From the human T2T-CHM13v2.0 reference genome, Homo sapiens: DNA of 64,000 bases. A model generated the notes under the pieces. The model saw nothing but the letters and a program-made list of their open reading frames with translations. It was not told the origin of the DNA and made no database searches. A program made the translations under genes and the position numbers. The stretch is from assembly GCF_009914755.1 (NCBI RefSeq), contig NC_060934.1, one strand, 5' to 3'. This document shows positions 40,996 to 56,587 of the stretch, piece after piece (position 1 is the stretch's first letter; every line of letters begins with the position of its first letter).

Positions 40996-41627
40996 CTATA
41001 GTCCCCACTTATTCATAGGGGGTATGTTCCCCAGTGGATGCCTAAACCACAGATAGTTCTGAACTCCATGTATACTATGTTTTTTCCTATGGACACATAC
41101 CTATGATAAAGTTTAATTTATAAATTAGTCATAGTAAGAGATTAACAACAATAAGAATAAAATAGAACAGTTATAACTATACTGTAATAAAAGTTACATG
41201 AATATGCTCTCTCAAAATATCTTACTGTACTGTACTCACCCTTCTTATGATGATGTGAGACAGTAAAATGTCTATGTGATGAGATGAAGTGAGGTAAATG
41301 ACCTAGGCATTGTGACACAGCATTAGGTTACTACTGACCCTTTGACAGCATGCTACCTGCTTTAGGTGATCCTGGATTATTGAGCCATGAAGATGTTGGT
41401 GGTGGGATGTCAGGAGCAGACAATGTCAATGACTCATGGTCGAGTAGCATGTACAGTGTGGATACACTGGACCAAGGGATAATTCACATCCTGGGCAGGA
41501 CAGAGCTACCAGAAAGGTGCACAATTGAAAACTATTTCTAAAAATTTCCATTCAATATTTTAGGACCTCAGTTGACTGTAGTAACTGAAATTGCGTGAGT
41601 GAAACTGTGGATAAGGGAGGACTACTG
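40996..41627 (-). mobile_element. MER44-family (Tigger7-related) DNA transposon
   Basis: Terminal inverted repeats tagtccccacttatt / ggataagggaggactactg, TA flanks, and MER44 internal motifs. Confidence 0.8.
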
Positions 41628-41874
41628 TAATGCTATTCATAGACTATTATTACTCAAGGACTACAAACACATTCTGCAATTTATTTACTATAATGAAACT
41701 TTCCATCTGAGTATTGGGAATCTGTTGTTCTGAGCAGTCAAGTTTGCTTAGGGTTGGTTTAAAGTTAAGCAGTAGAATATAACGTTAATTACATTTGATG
41801 GAATTTTCCCCCTAAAATTTATTTTTCACTTAACTTTTCTCCCATTTCTTAACATTTTATTATGGATTTAATTA

Positions 41875-43200
41875 ATTAATTTTTTATTTTGACATAACTT
41901 CAGATTTATAGACAAGTGAAAAGAATAGCACAAAGAATCTCCTTACACCCTTTCACATAGATTTACCTAATGTTAACATGTTACCATATTTGTATTATAT
42001 CTGCTTATAAATACATATACACACGCACATACATCCATTTATGTATTATTTTTTCTGAACAATTTGAAAGTTACAGACGTAATGTTCCATCCCCCCTAAA
42101 TGTTTCAGTGCGTGTTTCCAGAAAAACAAAGACATTTTAATAAAAATAATCACAGTACAAATTATCAAAACCAGGAAATTGAATGGATAAACAAAACTGT
42201 GGCACATCCATACAGTAGATAATACTACTTGGCAATAAAAGGAAAAGAAATACTAGTATTTACAACAACATGAGTAGATCTCAGATATTTTATGCTAAGT
42301 GATAAAAGCCAGATTCAAAGGTTACGTACGATATAATTCCATTTATATGACATTCTGAAAATGGCACAAATTATTGAGCCAACAAATCAGTGATTTTCAG
42401 TGGGGAGAGGGTTGACTATTAAGGAGAATTTCAAGAGAATTTTGGGAGTGGTGGAATTTTTCATTTTTTAATGGTGGTGTTATACAACTGTATGTTTTTG
42501 TCAAAACTTACAGAGCTGTATACCAAAAAGGGTAAATTTTTCTGTATGTAAATTTTAATGGTGGGGAAACAATCAGGAAATTAATATTGATACAGTGTTA
42601 TTAGTTCACCTACAGAACTTACTAAAAAGTTTCCAATTGCCTCAACAGTGTGTGCTATACCTCTTTAGTTTCCTTTAATCTGAAACAATTCCTTAGTCTA
42701 TTTCATGGCCTTGACATTTCTTAGGTACAAACTAGTAACTTTATGGAATGAAATACTCATTTTTGGGTTAGCCTGATGTTTTCTTATAAGTAGATTTAAG
42801 TTTTGTGGTTTTGACAAGGATACCTCACAAGTGATGTGCTGTTTTCAGTACATCATATTAAAAGGCACATAATCTTAAGGTGGCATCTGCTGGATTTCTC
42901 CACTATGAGGTTACTCTTTTTTCATTGTAACTGTCAAGTATCTTATAGAAAAAATATTTTGAGATTATGTGACCATCCTGTTAACTTGTCAAACTTTCAC
43001 TCACTTATTGTAGTTTTAAATTTTACTTAGGTTTTTGAGATGGTGTCTTGCTGTGATGCCCAGACTGCTCTCAAACTCCTGGACTCAGGCAGTCCCTCTG
43101 CCTCCACCTCCTGAGCAGCTGGGATTACACGCATATGCCAAAGTACTAGGCTCACTTGCTAATTTTAGCACCCAATGATGATTCTTCCTTATATTAATCA
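41875..43200. mobile_element. Antisense L1MC 3' end interrupted by a sense L1M fragment (~42180-42565) and a FLAM (~43030-43151)
   Basis: L1 3' UTR motifs in both orientations; caggaaatt repeated either side of the inner fragment. Confidence 0.6.
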
Positions 43201-44928
43201 CTTATCCTTAAATAGAATTTATTGGATATAATTTAGCCTGATGATCTAGGAAAATTATGCACATAGCTTATTGGGAATCCTCATAGATAAAGATGCAAGG
43301 AATAACTGTGTTGCTGAGCTTTCCTGGGTGATGTTGGACAGGCTTTGAGAACTGTTGAGGTGACTACTTAGGTATACATGGCTATTTCATCATTACCCCT
43401 TACCCTCAAGACTGTAGACCTAGTAATCTCATTCACTGGCATTCTGCTTCTACTCTTTAGTATTAGGAGGGTTCCTAATCCTTGTTCCTGATATCATGAC
43501 TGTTTAATGTCCCTACCTCTATTTTTTTGTAACAACATTATAAGTTGGATTTTTTGTTTGATTTGATTTCTCATGATGGATGGCCCAGAGTAAAAGTGTT
43601 GGGTTAATCTCTATTAAAAGAACATACCAATGTTTATGGGTTTCCCCCATTTTTTGTTTAAGAGTTATTTTTAACAATACCATTTAAATATTCTTTGCCC
43701 TAGTGGGATAGAAAGGGGAAAGGAACTCCTAAGAAGCTCTGTGTTCTATGTTAGGTTAGTAACACCCTTTAAGCTCCCTTTGTGTTTTCATTCTTTAGAC
43801 ATTTTCATAATACCCACCCAGTGGTTATCCATCTAAATCTGATAAAATAGAGGGTCAGTAAAAAGAAAATTGTGAGTATGGGCTAGTCAATACTCAGGCT
43901 GTTAAGGTTGAGATGACTATTTTTCACTTTATAATTCAGTATAGAGGAGTTTGCCAGCAATTGTGTATCAGCCCAAGTACCTGTATAATAAAAATGTGAT
44001 TTATAGTATCTTTGGTATGACAAACTTCCAGCAAAAAGTAATTAGGCTCCAAGTTATATGATAACATTTCAAAAAACATAATTAATTTTGAAATACAGGA
44101 TCTTACACTGAATTAAACAGGTTTAGTTTATCTGATCTTTTTATTTATTTATTTAAAGGAGGAATTTCATGACCTGAAAGAGAGTTACTTGCAAATTCTA
44201 AGTTTATAATTGGATACTGGCTTAAGCTTCTGTTATATAAGGCATTTAATTTTGGTATTTAAAACATTGATCTTTACATTTAAAAAAAAAAGTTAAACAT
44301 ACAACTTGATGTTATGGGGTAAATAAATGTTGACCTTTCCCTTTCTTTGTTTGATACTCTTACATAGCATGTATTGCCAGTCGCCTCATTTGTCAAGCTT
44401 TGTAGTCATTAATTCAATTATATCCTTCCTCCATTTTTTGGTAGATGATCTCCATTCCTTTTTTTCCAAACAGGGAGGAAAAGAAGTTAGAACTCTGAAG
44501 TTCTTGAGTCTCTGTCCCTTTCTTTGTAATATAGCATGCTTTTTCTTTAATTTTAGGGACTTTTACAAGGGATCATCACAAATGTAAAATATCAAGTTAA
44601 ACCTCATAAGATATTTCTGCCCAAAAGAAACACATTAGGGTACTGGCCTGTCAGGCTTACTAAAGGTGACACACAGGTGTCAGCCACAGAGGTGAAAGGG
44701 CCTCAGAATGACACAGTACGTTTTTTATCTCTCAGTATCTTTCAAAATGTAATATCTAATAGAAACCAAAAAAGTGAAATTTACATGTAGGTTTAGAACA
44801 CAGTAATGATTGTATATTAATAATTTCATGCTTGTATGAAAATTTTCAGATAAACTCTCATGTTAAAAATAATTTCTGAACCTACAAATAAACTAACCCT
44901 CCTGTTAGAACGTTATGACTATATGTAA

Positions 44929-45252
<324 letters not shown>

Positions 45253-46032
45253 ACAACTGCAGGGTTTTAAATATTAATGTTATTAATGTTACTAATGTTG
45301 TTGCTGAAAATGGAACTCAAATAATATGTAATTTGGATTTTCTGTATTTTGCCTTGTAGATAGTGATTTACATATATTGACTAGCAGATTTTTAGTACTT
45401 ATGAACTCATTTTCAGTTGGATTGTTGTTTTTTTCCCCCTCCTAAGTATATAAAAACCCCACTGACATTTTAGGGCCTCTAGCTGCTGTTTGAGGTGACA
45501 GTGCCAAGGAATGGACTCTAATCCTAAACTACTGAGTAAATGTTTTTTTAAGTCCTATGCTACTTTTATCAAAGAAAATAAAATCAAATCTGAGAAGAGG
45601 GGGAAGAGAAATAACTATTTTTAGGACCCAGACTTGGAGATCTGTGCCAACCAAACATCTACTATAATCGAGAGAAGGTAATAATCATGGTTTTAGTTGT
45701 CATCAGCTAAGTGTGGGCTGGAACTTTCTTGTATCCAGTGTCAACCTGTGTCAAAGTGCAAGCTAGAGATCTAATGAATATGATCTCCTACACAATGCTT
45801 AAAGATACATGAAATACTTCCCATCTAAATCCTTACATAATTTATTTATATACATGGGCATATGTTTTCTTTTACATATGTGTATATCTGTATGTATACA
45901 AATCTTCAAGTGAATAATTGTATAAATATATGTATGTTCTAACTTACAGAATTAGAAATGTAATTCAGTTTACTCCCAAAGGATAAGATTGAAGATAATG
46001 AGAACTGAATTAAAGCTTACTTTCTTTCACAG

Positions 46033-46110
46033 AATTCCTCAGAGAGAGAAGACTGTAATAATGGCGAACCCCCTAGGAAGATAATACCAGAGAAGAATTC
46101 ACTTAGACAG
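46033..46110 (+). CDS. BTRC: BTRC coding exon 3 (78 nt, NSSEREDCNNGEPPRKIIPEKNSLRQ)
   Basis: Acceptor tttctttcacag and donor CAG|gtatga. Phase 0; the translation directly continues the beta-TrCP1 sequence after exon 2. Confidence 0.97.
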
Positions 46111-46446
46111 GTATGAAATTCAGCCTTACTTAAAATAAAAAGCTACCAACAGCAAAACAAAAGACAGGAAACCCTTGATTTGCCATTCTTTAAGCACTGG
46201 AGCTTATATTAAGAGTACTCGGACGTTGGCCTGGCCATAGCCATCACTTTCAATCAGGTGACATGGTTTTCCCAGTTATTTAAAAAACATTCTAGGTATA
46301 CATGTACAGGACAGCTGGTTGGCATTTTTAAAAAAGTATAAAAACAGATCTGCCTGTAATAAAGTTAGCCCTTTTAGTATGAGCAATATTTTGTTTGCTT
46401 TTTCTAGAAGAAAAGGCCATTGTTAATAATAACTTAAAAAAACAGC

Positions 46447-46749
<303 letters not shown>

Positions 46750-46819
46750 TCACCACTGTGCCCCAATAGAAGGTAACACATTTTACTTGTGAAAGTTCAA
46801 TACCATTGTGTTCTTGTAA

Positions 46820-47527
<708 letters not shown>

Positions 47528-47629
47528 CTGTATTCATTTTTAATATAAAATTGGATACAATGAGCCTGAGCAGCAGTAAAAATAATTCTAATTTACTTGG
47601 ATTTATAGCATTGTTCTAGGAAATAGGAG

Positions 47630-47835
47630 ATCTAATATTTGTTGAGCACCCACCGTGAACATGATGCTTATTTGATTTAACCCTCACAATAACCCTGTAA
47701 AGTTTTTAGATATGATGTGACTTCCAATTTATAGATGAAGAAAATGGAGGGTTAGAGAGGTTAGATGACTTGTCTAGCTAATTAGTGATTTGATACTCAG
47801 ATCTCAGTGTTTCCAAAGCGTTTCTACTTGTGCCT
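47630..47835. mobile_element. MIR
   Basis: atttaaccctcacaataaccctgt...ccaatttatagatgaagaaaatggagggttagagaggttag.tgacttg. Confidence 0.75.
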
Positions 47836-49389
47836 TCTGACTTCAGTTTATATATAGTGTTTAGAGGGAAAGTACTTGAAACTGTGACACATTCATTTTT
47901 TAATTTACTATATGTTAAATGTTTTTTGGATGAACACTTCTTTTTTTTATAAAAATAATTGTTTATTAAATAGAATTGAATCATCCAGGAAGCTTTAAAA
48001 AAAAAACAAACAAAAATCCACAAATGATCAGTAATTGATGTTGAGACAGTTACAATTTTAACTGTTTGGAGAATCAACACCTGATCTGTTCATCTAAACC
48101 AATAGGACAATACTGAATAAGATAAATTGGGAAGTAGGAACACTCTGCCCACTATACAGAAACAACTGTCGGAAAACAATGACACAACAAAAGTTTTGGC
48201 AACTTTATTTAAGCTAACAAACGAATTTTCTCTCTGCAAAGTTATAAATTAATTTTAATAGGCTGATCCAGATGGTCCATTTGGAAAATGGATAGGCTGA
48301 TCTGTTGAAAATTAAACTAAATTTATCTCTCTCATACTTCAAACTGAAGCAAGAGAGAGAATCATGCCTATTAAGTCCAGCACATACAGATGGACCAGCA
48401 GGTCACACATGGGACTAATCTGATTCATTTTAAAAATAAATGCATACATTATTGAATCATTTTCTACTTGCAAGATCTGTTGTGTGCAATATTCGAAAGA
48501 GATTTAATGTTGTTTTTTTCATTGCCGTTTTAGCAGGTTCTCTTCCCCACTCCCCCTGCCCACTTTAATTTAACAACCTTCCCCCCCACCCCCCCCATGG
48601 TGCTTTGAAATGATTTTTCTAATATCTGTCATTCAGTGTTGAGATCCAAGCTCTGGAGATTAATTAGGTCATGAGGCTTTTTCTCCTCCCTTCTTTGTAA
48701 AGGGTTTTATCTCCATTCTCTTTGTGAAGAGCATGAACTCAATGTTCTTGGAAAGAGAAATGGCCTTTAGAAACAGGGAAGTAGGAGATCCTCCTGGGGC
48801 CCTCAGAGTCTTTTAGCTTCTGGGTGTTTTAGCAGCCCCATGAATGCAGATTTGTAAATTTATTGCAGTGCCATCTGGTTTTTTGCTCGAACCAGATTAC
48901 TGTTGGCTTGTGTCTGTCTATTGTGGTGGTCACTCCCTAGGAGCTTGCCCTCTCTATCTTAGGGAAGAGTGATGAATAGCAGGGGTCAATAGAAGCGGGT
49001 CACAGGGCAGCTGTCCAGGACTGCCCTGAACTTGATTACCCCATTGCTGATTTTTTTTAAGGTAGGACATAGTATATAAGCTGTTTAAACTCCCTCTTTT
49101 CTCTATTGCATATGACAATAATGAAGTGCCATTTGCTATTTTGTTTTTTTGTTTTTGTTTTGTTTTGTTTTTCCTGTAGTCAACTTCTGTAGACAAAAAG
49201 ATGTCAAGGCCGCCTTATACCTAGTATTGATACAAGTAGGATTTGCATCTCATTAACTTGAGATTCTTTTGCAGATATTTCTAATGGGATTTCAGAAACT
49301 CACTATTGATTATAAAAAGTTCAGTTATCTTCTAGCAATTTAACATTGTTTTTAACTAATATTATAGTTGACATATATTATTCAAAAAT

Positions 49390-49770
49390 AGCGTTTTGCC
49401 ATTGTTGATAGGACATAACTACTGCATGTTAATTTGGAGAGCTATTTAAATATTGGAGGAGCAAACAACTTTATACCAAAAATTTGGCAAGTTGAACAAA
49501 TTCCTTGAAAAATACAACTTACCAAAACTCTTAACACAGGGTGAAGCAAAATTTGAATAGCCTGATGTCTATTAAATAAATTTAATTAATCATCAGAAGG
49601 GACATGTGGTTTTACTGGTGAATTCAACAAATATTTAAGGAAGAAATGATATGAATTTTATGCCAGACCCTTTCACAGAATAGAGAAGGAAAGAACACTC
49701 CTTGACTTAAAAATCCACCATAACAGTAATTCCAAAACCCGACAAAGGTATTACCAGAACAAGAAATAAT
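49390..49770 (+). mobile_element. Old L1M ORF2 fragment
   Basis: acaaattccttgaaaaatacaacttaccaaaact...ttttactggtgaattc..caaatatttaaggaagaaat...ccaaaacc.gacaaag. Confidence 0.7.
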
Positions 49771-51526
49771 GAAGGTGGAAATTAAGAGACACTGTTCCCT
49801 GTGTCTGTCACCAAGTCATTTTGTATACCTGCTTTTTCGTTTCATTTCCAGCATCTGAAGATGGAAGAGTTTGGGGTAGGGAGAGGAAGTAGAGCAGTGT
49901 ATCCTTGTAAAGAAAGTTAATTTTCTTAGTTTCAGAATAATCTCATTTCTTGGCATTAAATATGAACTTTTATTTAAAGGATGTACAAAATAGCTACAAT
50001 TTTTGTTTTACTCCTAAAAATGTGAAGTCAAGGAAAGGATAGCCACTGTTTTCCTACCTTTTATTCCTATCTGCAATCAAGGGCAAAGGCCTGGGAGGAT
50101 ACATGAAAGTACTCATTACTTTTTGAAAATTGTGGCATTACAACGTTCAACTCTTTGCTTCTCATTGGTGCTAATAGGATCTGTCAGCCCTGCCTTTCTC
50201 TGTAATTGAGTAAATTGTGACCGTTGTCTAATCCCTCTCCCATCCCCCATTTCCTTTGTGTATGTGTCCACTTACCATCCTGAGAACGTGGGCAGTGATA
50301 AATAAAGCATTGAGTAGAGCTCTCTCAACTCTCTGAAAGCAGCATGATGCCAGCCCTCTAGTTATATTTCTTTAAGTGTTTAGGTTTTTCTGTATTCTTT
50401 CTCTTGTGTAGCTGGAACCCTGGGGATGCAAAGCCATGAGAGAGGCCAAGAAGCTAACAAAGTAGCTGTCTCCCTTGTTAGCTTGTTCCTTTATTCTTTA
50501 AAAACAAGATAAAAACCATCTGGCTCAGGGCATTACATTTTCCTCCCCCATGCACCTCTATAGATGGAGACTTCACCTGCAGTGAGGGTTTACATTGATT
50601 AGGGAGGGAGCAGTAATTCAAGCTTCCATCCTCTTCAAGGATACTTTGCAGTCTTTAAAGGTGCTGACCCACTGAGTTAGACTGTCAAGGGAGGATAAAA
50701 AAGTATCTTCATCCCAGGAGGTAACAGCTGCCAGGTTTTCAACACCTTGCACGCTGCTGGAAAAATGTCACAATTGTCAGCTGAAAGAAAAATGACTGTG
50801 TTGTCATCTTCTGTTAATGACTGGGCCTTATAAAAGGAACTACATAAGTCTTTTAGAAGGAATAAGTAGCTGTTTTCCTTTTCTACCATATTCCCCTCCC
50901 CTGAAAAAATTCCTGCGTTCTAAACATTGCCTTGGAGTAGATCCACAAAAAACAGCAGTGAAGAACTTAAATCAGCCAGTATAAGCATGGAAGTCTGATG
51001 GGCATAGCTCCTTTATACAGTTGGATGAGTAGGAGGAAAAAGCACATCACTGACACAGAAAATGACATTATAGTGTGTATTAACAAAACAACAACAACAA
51101 CAAAAAGTCATTCATAAGCCAGTGAACTGAGAGAAAACATACTGTATTTCTGTTCTTTGGAGGACAATTTATTTTCAAGCAGCATCCAGATGGGTAAATA
51201 CCAAGACATTTCTTTTTTCAAGAGAGCTCCTTTTCTTCCTTTAAAAAAAAAAAAACACAGAATTTGCTTCCTTTAATAGCTCTGTAATGTTCATATATGA
51301 TGGCATTCCCTTCTTTCTGATTTGATTGATGAGGGAAAAAGGTTTAATGAAGTCCCTGATATCAGGCAGGCAGGGTTTTTTTTTTTTTTTTCCTCTCTAT
51401 TTGTTTTAGGTTAGTCACTTTAATTGTATTGAGTAATTAGAAGGTACACACAGCCAAGGGAGCTTTGTTCTGATAATTGCTCGAGAAAACCCATTCCCTA
51501 TCTGCCGTTGCTTTGTGTTAAGACAC

Positions 51527-51545
51527 TTCTCCCTCTAGTGGCAAT
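51527..51545 (-). promoter_or_regulatory. Candidate CTCF site
   Basis: The minus strand reads TTGCCACTAGAGGGAGAA, a close match to the CTCF core CCAC(C/T)AG(A/G)(G/T)GGC, in unique sequence. Confidence 0.55.
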
Positions 51546-54329
51546 AGTAAGCACTTTGGCTTGGCAGTAGGCAAGGTGTAATTGCAATATGACAAACTAT
51601 GCTTAAGGGACTGTCTTGTAAATACTTTCGTTTGGGGTTTGCATTATTTCATTATATATGTGTGGTTGGTTGTTCTTGGTTTTTTTTACTCTATAAAACT
51701 TGCTACCTCTTTTTGCCCTCCTAAAGTGCTTTGGGCTTTGGGTAAAAAAAAAATTGCCTGAGATGTTTATTAATAAAAAAAATCACAATGCATTCTGGGT
51801 AATGTTTTGCAGCTTGACTTAATTTTAGTCATCTGTTTTAATTACCTATTTATAAAAATGCCTTTGCATTTGTAGACATTATTTAATACTTTGGAAGAAG
51901 CACCTCATTTGAAATAAATAAATAAATTGTACTTATTTTAAATAGTCCATGTAAAAGATCTTAAAGGTAATTAATGTAGGTCTCTTAAGTAAGACAAAAG
52001 TGATCTTTCCAAATCTGACGAAGTGATTTGTTTATATAACTTCCCACTTCTGTTGAATCCTTTAGAGTCTAATAACTTTTTTAAGAAAACACGGTTTGGC
52101 AATTTGTGCCTAGCTACAAAAACCCTTCTTCAAAAAGGAGCAATTTAATAACCGGCTTTCTTAAAATTACTTTGAGGAAGGAAGACCGTATGGGGGGTTG
52201 GTGCTTTGTTTTATTTGTATTTTAATGTAATCATTCTTTGATAAATTGTGTAATCACTGACTTAGTAGGAAAAATATTATTGAACTCCTGGGTTGCAATG
52301 ACCATAAAGAGTGTATTTTCATATAGAGAGTTGTGATACTGGGAATAAATTATAAAGGAAACAGTTTATATGCTGGTCAAAGTCCATATGGGCCCAATTC
52401 ATTTTGTTTTCAGTGCTTACTCTGGATGTACCATTAAAAAAGGCGGGGGGTGGGGTGGGAGGAAGCCTGTTGTGCTCATCTGCATGAGCCCTAAAAAAAA
52501 AATCTGCCCTAAAAACAACACGGAATGATAGCAGATGCAGCTTTGCATCTATTGAACAAGATTCAGTAGCATCTGTGTGGCATTTTTAAAACCCACTTCC
52601 AGCTTCCTTAGATATTGCTTTTTGGTTTGCTTTTTCTATACCATATTCTTGTGTGGGACATGATTTGATGTTACCATGTATCTGGAAGTCCCTGTCTTCC
52701 TATACCCCCACTCCCAGTCACTAACGATTTTCATTATACTATATCTTGTTATGCTATAGGGCTGCTGAACAGATTTCTAAGCAGCTTTTTGCAAGGTTAA
52801 AACAATGCAGCCCAGTAACAAGTTTGTGTAATTTTAAATATATACCTTCTAGTAAATAAGGGCAAGTCTGGCAATCAATCCCTTTTAGTGTGTTATATGT
52901 TTCACCTGACAACTAAACCTTCTATTGATTAGCCATTACTTTGTTAGATAATCCTATGTCATTGAATCCATTGTAAAAAATTAAACTCTTTAAAATGTTT
53001 TACCCTAGCAGCAGTGTGAAAATTGAAAACTTGTTCAGAATTACAGCCTGCTTTCACAAAGAAGGTAGTTTTCAGCAAGGCATCTTACTAGTTTATGCTT
53101 ATGTGCTTTATATGCGATATAAAAACGTATTAAAGTACTCCAACGCAAAACTCTCTGCCTCTGGTTCAGCAATGAAGCTACCTTTTCAAGTGTTGCATGG
53201 GGACAGAACCTATCTTGCCTGTGGCTATTATATTCACTAGTTGGATTTCAAACTGGAGAGAGTCTTACAGGAAAATATTGAATGGAAAATATTGAATGTT
53301 TTAGCCTTTTAATTGCAGAGTGGTAAAGGAACTATGACAAATTTTAGTTTATTGATCTGTGTTACTTCCTTGGGAGATCAGCAAAGTCATTTACCCATTT
53401 TACAGATGGAATGTCTAGAAAATAAAGTCCTATATATAGCCCTACTCTGGAAACTCCCTCAGGCCTGGCACAGAGTTTCTGAATCTATCTAATGGTCCCC
53501 TAAATATGTTATTACATATTCATTCATGAAGGGAAAAGAGGGTAATTTTGAAGGAAAATAAATTTTCTTTTTATAACTTAGTATTTTCAGAAAAATAGCA
53601 TGATACATTTATTGATGACTGGACAAACCTCTGTAAAAAATTTACTCCTAAGATACTTCTATTGGAAGTTTTCATACAGTGAATTTTACAGATATTAATT
53701 GTATAAGTCTGAATTTTTGATAAATCTAACCACCTGTGTAACCACCACCCTAATTAAACTATAGAATATTTTCATAACCTAGGAATGTCTCTTGTTCTCC
53801 TTTCTACTTATTTTCTGCACCACCAATGGATCAAATACTGATCAGCTTACTGTCACTGTAATTTTGCCTTTTCTAGAATTTTGTGTAATGGAATGCTATA
53901 TTTTTGGGGTCTGACATTCACTTTGCATAATGTTTGTGAGATTCCTCTATGTTGCTGTGTATATCAGTAGTTTATTCTCTTTCATTGAGTTGAATAAATA
54001 TATCGCAGTTTGTTTTCTGTCTCCTTTTGGTGGATATCTGAGCCATTTCCATCATTATAAGTGAAGTTACTATGAACGTTCTTCTATAAAGGTTTTTGGT
54101 GAGCATATGTTAAGTACTTTTTCATGTGCTTATTGGTTATTCAGACATTTTCTTTGTGAAGTATCTTTTAAGTTTTTAGCCATTTTTAAAAATTGCATTG
54201 TTTGCCTTTTTATTATTGAGTTGTAGACTCAACTGTATTGAATTCTGGATACCATTCATTTGTCAGATATATGTACTCTGATTATATCTCACAGTCTATG
54301 GTTTGCCTGTTTATGGTATGTTTTGATGA

Positions 54330-54673
<344 letters not shown>

Positions 54674-55285
54674 CGGTTTTTTCTTTTAGAAGGGATACTT
54701 CCTTTGGTCCTACCTAAGAAATCTTTGTCTACCCCATGATTGTGAAGATATTCTTCTAAGTTTTCTTCTGGGAGCTTTATAAGTTTACTATTTATACTTA
54801 ATTCTATGATCCATCTCAAATTAATTCTTATACGTGCCATGAAGTAGAGTTTGGGCTTCATTATTTTTGCCGTAATTTCATTCAGTTGTTTCAGCACCAT
54901 TGTTGAAAAGACTTTCTTTTCCCCCATTGAATTACATGAATTCATTTGTCCAAACCATTTAGTTATATAAGAGTTATATTCTCAAACCTCCTGAAGAAAA
55001 CGTTGCTGCTGGACCCAGAGCAGTGGGTGACAGTGCCTAAGGTACTGACCCATCCCTATTTTATGTCCCTGTAGACAAGGCGGACAAGAAAAATGATAGG
55101 TGTCTATCCTTGCACCAAATACCATAGTGTCTTGATTATTGTCATTTTATATAATGGGCCATGAAATCAGGTAGTGTGAGTTCTCTAGATTTGTTGTTTT
55201 ATTTTTTGTTATTCCAGATAGTTCACATTTCTATATAAATTTTAGAATCAACCTTGCACTTTCTATTAAAAAGCAGTCTGTGAGG

Positions 55286-55438
55286 GGCTGGGTGTGGTGG
55301 CTCCCTCCTGTAATCCCAACACTTTGGGAGGCCGAAGTGGGAGGATCGCTGGAGCCCACTGAGTTGGAGGCTACAGTGAGTTATGATCACACCACTGCAC
55401 TCCAGCCTGGGCAACAGAAAGAGAAACTATCTCCAAAA
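55286..55438 (+). mobile_element. Alu monomer (left-arm start joined to right-arm end; FRAM-like or a collapsed AluJ)
   Basis: ggctc...tgtaatcccaacactttgg start with a gaggctacagtgag...cactgcactccagcctggg end. Confidence 0.85.
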
Positions 55439-56264
55439 ATAGACAGACAGATAGATAACTACTTTTTTTTTCATCTGAGATATATAGGATTTTGCCCCCG
55501 TTATTCTGTTAATACGACAAATTACCTTGATTTTTGTTAAGAGTTTTTGTGTCTGTTTCATGTGAGGTACTGGTTTGCAGTTTTCTTTTTTAAGTGTTTG
55601 CCAGGTTTTGGTATCAGAGTTATGCTGGTCTTATAAAATGAATTGGGAAATCTTCCTCCCATCCTCCTCTGTTTTCTAAAAGCACTTGTGTATAATCCTG
55701 GTGGTGTTTCTTCCTTCAGATTTCATAGAATTCACAAACCACTTGGGCCTGTAGTTTTCTTTGTGAAAGATTTTTTAAACTTATTATTTAAATTTATGTG
55801 GCAAGATGTTTTAGAGCAATTTGAATTTCTTTTAGAGGTATAGAGCTGTTCAGATTTTCTGTTTCATGTGTCAATTTTGGTAATTTGTGTTTTTGAAGAA
55901 ATGTTTCCTGTTTATTCAACAGATTATAATATGTTAATATCTTTTATTTTAATACTGTGATTGTTTCATATTGGGCTACTGAAAGCCTCTTTCGGCAGGC
56001 TTCCATGCCCCCTTTGACGTATCTTCATCGTTCTGAGTATTTCCATCTTATAGTTTCCCTGGTCAGTCCTGGAGTCAACCATATTTCCATGAATGTATGA
56101 TTCCCTTTAGTGCAGAATGGTATTTAAAAACCAAGATTCAAACACTGACTTTTCTTTTACATCTATATTTATATACTTTGAAACCATTAGTTCACATTGA
56201 TAACTCCAATTCTAATTCAACCCCACAGGGTTTGTTCTAGATTTCTTTCTTTCCATATTTCATT

Positions 56265-56395
56265 TTTCTCCCTTCCTTCCTTCCTTCCCCTTCCTTCCTT
56301 TTTCTTTTCTTTTCTTTTCCTCTCTTCTCTTCTCTTCTCTTCTCTTCTCTTCTCTTCTCTTCTCTTCTCTTCTCTTCTCTCTCTTCTTTCTTTCT
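56265..56395. repeat. (CCTT)n/(CTTTT)n/(CTTCT)n compound pyrimidine STR forming the tail of an antisense FLAM (56396-56520)
   Basis: About 12 near-perfect TCTCT/CTTCT pentamers at 56320-56385. Confidence 0.92.
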
Positions 56396-56587
56396 TGTTT
56401 TTGGTAGAGATGGGGTCTCTCCCTATGTTGTCCAGGCTGGTCTTGAATTCCAGAGCTCAAGCAATCCTCCTGCATTGGCTTCCCAAAATGTTGGGATTAT
56501 AGGCATGAGCCACCCCACCCCTTTCCTAACATAGGAAACCTGGTTTAAGATTTTTTTCCTTTCAGCACTTTAAAAATATTGTTCCCA

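Noticed and set aside
48866-48885. CTCF-like ACCAGATGGCACT on the minus strand
   Set aside because: It lacks the conserved leading CC of the core motif.
48954-49196. Minus-strand ORF containing KIANGTS, similar to beta-TrCP1 KLANGTS in the next exon
   Set aside because: Wrong strand, only seven residues, adjacent to a (TTTTG)n run; most likely chance.
53270-53298. Short tandem duplications (ggaaaatattgaat x2; similar small ones near 12728, 17771, 26089 and 48258)
   Set aside because: Ordinary microduplications with no sign of function.
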